Positions 17,256 to 24,872 of a stretch of 29,203 bases of DNA are shown piece after piece. The notes under the pieces were generated by a model. That model was given only the letters and a program-made list of their open reading frames with translations, made no database searches and was not told the DNA's origin. The stretch is from NCBI GenBank assembly GCA_037128175.1, contig JBAXWY010000035.1, forward strand, positions 1 to 29,203, written 5' to 3'. This DNA comes from Methanothrix sp. (GTDB taxonomy: Archaea > Halobacteriota > Methanosarcinia > Methanotrichales > Methanotrichaceae). The first letter of the stretch is position 1, and every line of letters starts with the position of its first letter. A program made the translations under genes and the position numbers.

Positions 17256-18824
17256 ATGGGATGTAGAGAAGAAAATGCTGTAAAGATTAAGAAACTCAAA
17301 TCACTGATCTGTGTGATATTCGCTGTGCTTTGCCTCATGGCAGAATGTGCTGTAGCAGAAGACACACAGAAAGGATTGGGCGCTATAAAGACTGAGGGAG
17401 GATATGTCTCGGGGATAAACCAGAGCGGACTACTCATATACCTGGGGATTCCATATGCAGCACCTCCAACTGGAGATCTAAGGTGGAGGCCGCCGGAGGC
17501 TGCCAAGCCCTGGGAAGGCGTCTACAAGGCCGATAGGTTCGGCCCGTCCTGTCCCCAGGCTGTCTCAAAAGACTTTGGACCTGAGTGGTACCCGGGGAAC
17601 ATGAGCGAGGACTGCCTCACTATGAACATCTGGACTCCTGCCGCCAATTCCAGCGAAAAGCTGCCGGTGATGGTCTTTATCTACGGAGGGGCATATATCA
17701 GGGGATCTAGCGCTCTCCCACTCTATAATGGGACCGCCCTGGCTAAGAAAGGCGTTATCGTGGCTACGTTCAACTATAGGGTCGGCGTTCTCGGATACCT
17801 GGCTCATCCACAGCTCTCCAAGGAGTCACCTAACAACACCTCAGGCAACTACGCCCTTCTTGACCAGGAGGCAGCCTTGAGGTGGATCCAGAGGAACATT
17901 GCTGCGTTTGGGGGAGACCCTGGTCGCGTCACCATCTTCGGTGAGTCAGCAGGAGCTGCCAACATAGTCAGCCAGCTTGCAATACCCCAGAGCAAAGGGC
18001 TATACAGCCAGGCCATCGTCGAGAGCGGCGGAGTCTGGTCTAATGGCCCGGCAATTCTAGGTTACAGAACAAAGGCTGAGGCAGAAGAGTACGGCCAGAA
18101 ATTCGCCGAGAGCCTGGGATATTCCGGGTCTGATGCCATCCAGAAGATGCGCAACATGAATGCCTTTGACCTGGTAAATAGCACGCCGAATGTGTGGAAT
18201 TCGACATTCTGGGGTTTCCACAACGTGGCCTTCAAGACCACCATTGACGGATGGCTGATTCCAGAGGAGCCGCAGGATATCTTCAGGCAGGGTCGGCAAA
18301 ATCCGGTCCCACTCATGATCGGATCCAACGCCGATGAAGGAACTCTGCTGGCTGCCAAGACAAACATGACCGCAGAGGATTACTGGAAGTTTCTGCAGGA
18401 CAGCTTTGGACCGGATGCCTTCAAGATGCTGGCCAGGTACCCGGCCAGGAACGATTCAGAGGTCCAGTACCGGATAGAGAGGATTGCCACAGATATCGAC
18501 TTTGCCCTGGCGTCCAAGTTCATTGCCGGCTCTATGGCCAACCTCAACCAGAGCACATACCTGTATAAGTTCACCTATGTTCTGCCCGGCCAGTCCTATG
18601 GCGCATACCACACCAGCGAACTCTACTTCGTCTTCAGGCCAAGCTACTGGAAGGCGGACCCAACCAGCAGCGCTGTTTCGGATTACGTCGTGGACATGTG
18701 GACCAGATTTGCCAAGACGGGCAATCCCAATGGTGGGATTAATGTGACCTGGCCACAATACAGCAATGAGAAAGACCAGTATCTCGACATTGGAGTGGCT
18801 CATGTAGTTAAAACCGGATATTAG
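17256..18824 (+). CDS. Secreted type-B carboxylesterase (alpha/beta hydrolase)
   Basis: LGIPYAAPP.GDLRWRPP, SEDCL..NIWTP, IYGGAY, NYR.G, nucleophile FGESAG, NADEG, GAYH.SEL. Hydrophobic signal peptide. Start uncertain (17223/17256). Confidence 0.92.
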   Translation: MGCREENAVKIKKLKSLICVIFAVLCLMAECAVAEDTQKGLGAIKTEGGYVSGINQSGLLIYLGIPYAAPPTGDLRWRPPEAAKPWEGVYKADRFGPSCPQAVSKDFGPEWYPGNMSEDCLTMNIWTPAANSSEKLPVMVFIYGGAYIRGSSALPLYNGTALAKKGVIVATFNYRVGVLGYLAHPQLSKESPNNTSGNYALLDQEAALRWIQRNIAAFGGDPGRVTIFGESAGAANIVSQLAIPQSKGLYSQAIVESGGVWSNGPAILGYRTKAEAEEYGQKFAESLGYSGSDAIQKMRNMNAFDLVNSTPNVWNSTFWGFHNVAFKTTIDGWLIPEEPQDIFRQGRQNPVPLMIGSNADEGTLLAAKTNMTAEDYWKFLQDSFGPDAFKMLARYPARNDSEVQYRIERIATDIDFALASKFIAGSMANLNQSTYLYKFTYVLPGQSYGAYHTSELYFVFRPSYWKADPTSSAVSDYVVDMWTRFAKTGNPNGGINVTWPQYSNEKDQYLDIGVAHVVKTGY

Positions 18825-18918
18825 GCATTCGGCATTTAGGATTATCCTGTGTCCAGAAGGACGCAGGATTTTTTAATTTAATCTTGTGTTTCTGGCAGCA
18901 TACTCTGCCTTGACGGGC

Positions 18919-19173
18919 TCAGTCGCATTGGATGCTTGTAAGATTATTGAACATCAGATTGACTGTTGCATTGCCTGTTGCACTTATGGTCAAATTTCCA
19001 ATCGCGTTTGTGGATATGTTCCCTGTTTTGACTGATGCATTCTCTGTGGAGTTATCCGCGGCGTTCTCTTTGGCGTTCTTGGTTTGAGCGGCTCCAATCT
19101 CACCGAAAGCAATTCCCAGAGAGGACGATATCAGTACAGCAAGGATTACAGCTCCAATTGGTATTTTGTTCAT
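18919..19173 (-). CDS. Small secreted Asn/Thr-rich protein with multiple N-glycosylation sequons
   Basis: GAGGTG RBS before the ATG; signal peptide; sequons NST, NAS, NIS, NLT, NAT, NLT. Confidence 0.6.
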   Translation of the reverse strand: MNKIPIGAVILAVLISSSLGIAFGEIGAAQTKNAKENAADNSTENASVKTGNISTNAIGNLTISATGNATVNLMFNNLTSIQCD

Positions 19174-19370
19174 ATTTACACCTCTTTTGCTTTAAGGCTG
19201 CATTAAGACTCAGAACTAATTTAAACTTTCTCTCATCCTATTTCATATGTTTCTGGCTGGTCATGCCTGCGAGATTGCCCTGGAAGATGAAACAACATTT
19301 TATAGCCAAGGAAAAAACAATGTACAGATGCTTTAGATACTAGCAATTTGGTTTTGAGGTATCAGTATCT

Positions 19371-20384
19371 ATGGATTTTTCATTCAAGGTTAAGGGCTGG
19401 GTGGAGCTGGAGGGAAGACGGCTTAGCGATAGCGAAGCCAGGGCAATTCTCGTGCAAAATCCGGCGGCGATCTTTAGATTTGGCGGTGAGTTCTTTTTGG
19501 AATGGAATGGCTGCCGGGCACGCGATCATTTCGGGATCATGCCGGGAGACTGTCCAGCGGGGGCAGTGGTCTGCAGCGGCAAAGAGATGGGAAGAGTGGA
19601 TCCCAAATATCCTCTCATGGATCTGGATGAGGCCATAAGTATTGCCGTGCAGCTTCGTAGCGATGACGGCGTTGTGGCCCTCTCGGGAGGCGTGGACTCG
19701 GCACTGATCGCCCGGCTGGCCGGCAGAGAGTGTGTTGTGGTGGGAATTGCCGGCTCACATGACATCATGCATGCAGCCCAGGTGGCAGAGGAGTTTGGCC
19801 TGACCCTTCATCAGCACTTAATAGATCCGGCATCAATCGAAGAGGCCCTGGCCCAGGTTCTGGCAGTTATTCCTAAGATTGATCCGGTGAATGCATCCAT
19901 TGCCACAACGCTATATTTTGTCTGCCAATGGGCCGGGCTGCATGGCGAGACGCGCATCCTGGCCGGGCAAGGTGCGGATGAGCTCTTTGGGGGATATTCC
20001 CGCTATTTGCAGACGGAAACCTTAGCATCGGATCTGGAGAAGGATTTCCTGGGATTTCCCCTGCAACTGGCCAGAGATCAGGCCGTGGCCGGGCTGCATG
20101 GCGCATGCTTCTCTTTGCCCTACATGGACTATAGAGTAGTAGTAGCTGCCAGGGATATTGCGCCGGAAATGCTGGTACGAGATGGGGTGCGCAAGAGACC
20201 GCTGCGAGCGGTTGCCGGGCGGTATATGTCGCCAGCAATTGCCCAATATGAAAAGAAGGCCATGCAATACGGCAGCGGTGTCATGAAGGAGATACAAAGA
20301 CAGGCCGCCCGCAAGGGTTACAAGAGATCGCTGCAGGATTATCTGCTGGAAATCTGCAAAAAGGAAGGCCTGGATATTGGATGA
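19371..20384 (+). CDS. Asparagine synthetase-related protein (synthetase domain, vestigial glutaminase domain)
   Basis: PP-loop LSGGVDS, GQGADELFGGY, PYMD, RKRPLR, KKAMQYGSG; N-terminus retains only RDHFGIMP. Confidence 0.85.
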   Translation: MDFSFKVKGWVELEGRRLSDSEARAILVQNPAAIFRFGGEFFLEWNGCRARDHFGIMPGDCPAGAVVCSGKEMGRVDPKYPLMDLDEAISIAVQLRSDDGVVALSGGVDSALIARLAGRECVVVGIAGSHDIMHAAQVAEEFGLTLHQHLIDPASIEEALAQVLAVIPKIDPVNASIATTLYFVCQWAGLHGETRILAGQGADELFGGYSRYLQTETLASDLEKDFLGFPLQLARDQAVAGLHGACFSLPYMDYRVVVAARDIAPEMLVRDGVRKRPLRAVAGRYMSPAIAQYEKKAMQYGSGVMKEIQRQAARKGYKRSLQDYLLEICKKEGLDIG

Positions 20385-20600
20385 TATGGGATGATACGGG
20401 CTGGCCTGCCCTCAATCGATCACCTCTTTTAAAATGGAGTAAAATTTGTCCTTTGCCCTTCTCTCTATCCAGGGCTTGTGCCCACAATCCTCCAAGACAA
20501 TGAACTGAAAGTGCTTCAATGTGGCCTACAGAGGCTCGCATACGCCCCTGGCTGGATGCGGGTCCCAATCACCGTGGATGGCAACGACCGGCAAAGCTAA

Positions 20601-21650
20601 TCATAATGCCATTGCTACCAGATCAACCAGATCGATTACCTTTTCACCGGCCCCCGCATCTCTCAGATTTCTGACGCAAAGAGGACAGGAGGTGACGATG
20701 TAGTCTACCCCCACAGGAACGTCTTCTAGCCTCCTTTTGGCCATCTTCAGAGATAGATCCTTGTAGCCGGCCCGAACCCCGCCCCCGCCTCCGCAGCATC
20801 TGGCCGCCTTTCCTGACGCTTTCATCTCTTTGAGACGGCAGATGGCTTCGATAACCTGGCGCGGCTGCTCATAGATCTGGTTATGCCGGCCCAGATGGCA
20901 GGGATCATGATAGGTTACAGTAAGATCCAGTGGATTGATACCTATTTCCGAGATTCTCTGTGCTAAGAACTCCGGGACGCTCAGCACACGAAAATCCTGG
21001 GGGTAGCTCTTCTTAAGTGTAGTGTAGCAGCCTGCGCAGCCCGTAATTACAGTTCCGGCTCCCGTCTCTGCGATCTGCCTGCAGTTCTCATCCACAAATC
21101 GCCTGGCATCAAATCCGGTACGCAGCAATGGCGAGCCGCAGCACTGCTCATTTGGGAGCATTGTTGCCCCAAAACGATGCAGAAGTGCAAAGGTATTGGC
21201 CGCGGTCTCGGTATAACGGTAGGAGTTCATGCAGCCGGCAAAATAGACATAGTCTGCCTTTTTTGTGAGAAGGCTTCTGTCTGTCAACCAGGATAGCCGG
21301 TCTTTTGCGTCGCCAAAAGTGTTGCCGCTCGCAAAGATATTTCGGCAAAGATCAGCTTGCTGGCATGTCATCGCTCCATTGGAGACAAGCAGTCTTCTGG
21401 CGCTCTCAATCATCTCTGGTGGGTTCACGCCGGCCGGGCAGTTTTCCGTGCATATCCCGCAAGTGGTGCAGGTATTCAGGCTGTCTAAAACCTGCGAGTC
21501 GGGCTGAAGGCCACAAGTGAGTCCCTTTAGGATCATAATGCGCCCCCTGGTATTGGCTGACTCCCAACCGGACTGCTCGAAGACTGGGCAGAAGGTGCGA
21601 CAGGTTCCGCATCGCACACATTGATTGATCGCCAATAGATCGAGATTCAT
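20601..21650 (-). CDS. GlcF-like Fe-S oxidoreductase (2x[4Fe-4S] + two CCG domains)
   Basis: CVRCGTCRTFCP, CTTCGICTENCP, FAGC, CCGSP, YHDPCHLGR, CCGGGGG, SCPLC. Confidence 0.88.
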   Translation of the reverse strand: MNLDLLAINQCVRCGTCRTFCPVFEQSGWESANTRGRIMILKGLTCGLQPDSQVLDSLNTCTTCGICTENCPAGVNPPEMIESARRLLVSNGAMTCQQADLCRNIFASGNTFGDAKDRLSWLTDRSLLTKKADYVYFAGCMNSYRYTETAANTFALLHRFGATMLPNEQCCGSPLLRTGFDARRFVDENCRQIAETGAGTVITGCAGCYTTLKKSYPQDFRVLSVPEFLAQRISEIGINPLDLTVTYHDPCHLGRHNQIYEQPRQVIEAICRLKEMKASGKAARCCGGGGGVRAGYKDLSLKMAKRRLEDVPVGVDYIVTSCPLCVRNLRDAGAGEKVIDLVDLVAMAL

Positions 21651-23024
21651 TCAAAGCCCCATCTTTCCTGGATTTAAGATCCCCTGGGGGTCCAGTGCTC
21701 TTTTTATGGATTGCATCACAGAAAATGCCTCTGTTCCGACTTGCTCCGGCAAATACTCCGCTCGAGCCAGGCCAATGCCGTGCTCGGAGCTGACTGTTCC
21801 GCCTAGCTCCATAGCCGCTCTATGAATTCTATCCGCGGCGAGTCGCAGCTTCTCCCATTGCTCTTTATTCATGACATCTATGAAGAGGGCTACATGCAGG
21901 TTCCCGTCTCCAATATGGCCGTATTTCATGGCCGGGATATTTAGCTCTGTGGTGATCTGTTGCACCTTTTTAATCAAAGCGGGAATCTCCTTAATAGGCA
22001 CGCCTACATCCTCACCCATATAGATGCGGGTTTTCGTGGGATCAAGCCGGGATATGGCAGCACCTACCAGTCTTCTGGCCGCCCAGATGCTGTCCATCTC
22101 CGGGCCTACAGCTAATCTCACACTTTTGGCCGTAGGTTGGCAGATCTCACAGATTTGCCGGGCAGCCTCAGCGGTTGAACTTTCCGTTCCATCCACTTCG
22201 AATAAAATTACATCTCCGTCCTCGGGTATGGCAAGTAGCGCATCGCAAAGTTTCAGGACCTGCAGAGTTGTTCTGTCCAGTATCTCGCAGGCAGAGGGGG
22301 TGATGCCGTTTGAAAATATCCTTATTACTGCCTGGCCGGCGATTTCGGCCTCAACAAAACATGCCAGCACAAGTTTTCTTGTACTTGGCAAGGGGGCTAT
22401 TTTCAGTCCGGCTCTGGTGATGATTCCCAACGTTCCTTCCGATCCCACAAAGAGACGGGTAAGATCGTACCCAGCAGATGATTTGAGCACCTTTTTACCG
22501 GTATGAATGACACGGCCATCTGCCAGCACCACCTCTAAATCAAGGACGTAATTTCTCACAGTTCCATATTTGACGGAGCGCATGCCGCTGCTGTTGTAGG
22601 AAATCATTCCACCGAGGGTGCACATGGCCAGGCTTCCCGGATCGGGCGGGAAAAAAAATCCGTAGGGCAACAGGGCAAAATTGAGCTTTTCAGCTACTAC
22701 ACCAGGCTCAACGATGACCTGCTGGTTTTCAATATCTATTTCCAATATCCTGTTCATTCCTGACATGTCCAGGACAATGCCTCCTCTAACCGGAGAGCAT
22801 CCGCCGGCAAGCCCGGTGCCCGCCCCCCGTGCCGTGACGGGGATAAGGTGTTCGCCGCATAGCCTTAGGATGCATGAGACCTGGCTCGTGCTCTCCGGTC
22901 GCACAACAAAGTCGGGCAGGCCAACGACTTGAGATGCGTCGCCTGCGTAGCAACACCTTTCGCCAGGAGAGGCAGATACCCTGTCTCCAACAATCTCTTT
23001 TAGCTCACGCAGAATATCTGTCAT
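21651..23024 (-). CDS. GlcD/D-lactate dehydrogenase-like FAD-linked oxidoreductase
   Basis: RGAGTGLAGG, FFPPDP.S, TLGG, KYG, GYDLTRLFVGSEGTLGIIT, GHIGDGNLH, EHGIG, DP.GILNPGK. Confidence 0.92.
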   Translation of the reverse strand: MTDILRELKEIVGDRVSASPGERCCYAGDASQVVGLPDFVVRPESTSQVSCILRLCGEHLIPVTARGAGTGLAGGCSPVRGGIVLDMSGMNRILEIDIENQQVIVEPGVVAEKLNFALLPYGFFFPPDPGSLAMCTLGGMISYNSSGMRSVKYGTVRNYVLDLEVVLADGRVIHTGKKVLKSSAGYDLTRLFVGSEGTLGIITRAGLKIAPLPSTRKLVLACFVEAEIAGQAVIRIFSNGITPSACEILDRTTLQVLKLCDALLAIPEDGDVILFEVDGTESSTAEAARQICEICQPTAKSVRLAVGPEMDSIWAARRLVGAAISRLDPTKTRIYMGEDVGVPIKEIPALIKKVQQITTELNIPAMKYGHIGDGNLHVALFIDVMNKEQWEKLRLAADRIHRAAMELGGTVSSEHGIGLARAEYLPEQVGTEAFSVMQSIKRALDPQGILNPGKMGL

Positions 23025-24872
23025 AAAGATTCAGGCCACTCACTTTCATCTGGGATGAACGCCATATCGATATAAAGATTCGCTGCAAAAAGATTTTCTT
23101 CTCGAAGTCTCTCTTGTGCTTAAACTCTAACTTTTCTTCGTGGTATGATTTTCATACAAAAATAACTATGTTAAAGTTTATATCTTGATTATAATTTTAA
23201 ATATTATTTTTTAATAATTTAACAAATCTTAACTATTTATTAAATAAAAATTATATATACAAAACAAACCTGTTTGTTTTATAATAAAAACATTTTTAGA
23301 GTATAACTAAACATAATCGATTTAAAGTATTCATAAATGTATAACTTAATAAAATCAATCGTATATTAAAATAGAAAACGCCCACATTACAAATTTATAA
23401 TTATTATAATTATAATAATTTCATATAAAAAAAGTTAACTGATTTTAACTTTAAATTTAGAAAATTTTATAAATACTAATTAGGTACAACAATCCTATAT
23501 GTTGCTAGTGCGATTATTATTTATAAAATTAAAATGATTTTGAGTAAAGAAACATTCTATTCTATTAGTTTATAGGAATGAGTCTAACTAGAAATGCTCT
23601 TTAATTGTTGAAGTGGTTATTTATGTCGCAAAGCATGAGGGTGGGCGGAGAGAGGGGCATATTCATAGAGTATATGGAATGAGCCTGTTGGCAAAATCCC
23701 TGACATCATGGGTGTGCAAATATTTGTGCTTATAGTTTATAGAATCAAAGTGAAATCACGGGCTTTTCTCGCATCTACCTAAGTGTTCTCATTGAAACCA
23801 CCGAATTTAAAAATATATTTTGAAATTTAAAATAATATATTATTAGTAAACTATTTATCATAATTACTATTATTTTTTAAACTAAATTATTTTTAATTAT
23901 TATTATTTTGAAGAATTTAAGTACATATTATTAGTACACTTTATATAAATTATTATTTAATTAACATAGTTTTCTCAAAATTTGAAATTAATTTTTTTAA
24001 AATATTGTTAATATTCAAAACTGCGATTTTTAAAGTGAAAATCAATCCCACGATTAAAAAGTGAGAGATCGATTTATAATCGCAAAATGCCATCCACTAC
24101 ATTTTTGTAAGCCTTCAGCGACCATCTTGCCAAATATCCCATTTGTTCTTTGTCTCCAGAATTTCTCCCCGGTTCTCAATGCTCGCTGTGCCGTCGCATA
24201 GAAAAGGTTGATGTAGATGACCATAGCAGATGCGTGCCACAGATCGGGATTTTCTGGGAGGGTCGTGGGCTATTTCGCTTCAAAGCTCCTACTGTATGGG
24301 ATCTTCACGACAATATGCTAACTTTATGAAATGCTAAATAGATCAGTTGGGGTTAGGCTAAGAAGATAGATTGATATAAATAATTATACTTATTCGCGTT
24401 TTAATAAATGATCAAAACTGATAAATACTATCAATATTAACTCAGTAGATCTAGTTATTCAAGCTGTTGTATTCCTGGAGCGAGCGCCTGGGCTATGAAA
24501 CTCCTAGAATAGCTTGGCTTATTTTTAGATGATAATATATAAATTATTATTGAGGATTCCTATTAACCTATAATTTTAATGGAGCACACAATCACACATA
24601 TACTATTATAGTGAATACTATATAGTGAAAAGCTCAACGATGGTTAAAGAGTGGATTTAAGTATAAAAAATATATAATATAAATAATACTTGTAAGTTCG
24701 AAGGAGAACGTATCTCTTATCGATTACAATGAAGGTGATATCCGTGTGGCTCGATAGGGTTAGGTGGAGTATGAAATCCATAGTATTAGGCCTTAAGCCG
24801 TATAGGCTCGGTGCGGTCCGTGCAGATGTTAGGAATATTGAAGCCATTTCCAATTCGGGGAGGAGTTGACCG
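23025..24872. promoter_or_regulatory. ~1.85 kb AT-rich intergenic region between divergent glcD-like and tail-sheath genes, with several inverted and direct repeats
   Basis: No credible ORF of 60 aa or more; alternating extreme-AT and mixed-composition blocks; TATA-like runs at ~24654-24685. Confidence 0.6.

Noticed and set aside
23399-23420. 22-bp perfect palindrome AATTATTATAATTATAATAATT
   Set aside because: A/T-only within a low-complexity block, so plausibly chance.
24050-24310. Short minus-strand frames (one with a PFLCDGT string reminiscent of CDGSH)
   Set aside because: Required Cys/His ligands and a start context are missing.
23100-24700. CRISPR array or replication origin
   Set aside because: No regularly spaced repeats, no ORB-like GTTCCAGTGGAAAC array, and no cas or cdc6 gene in the window.
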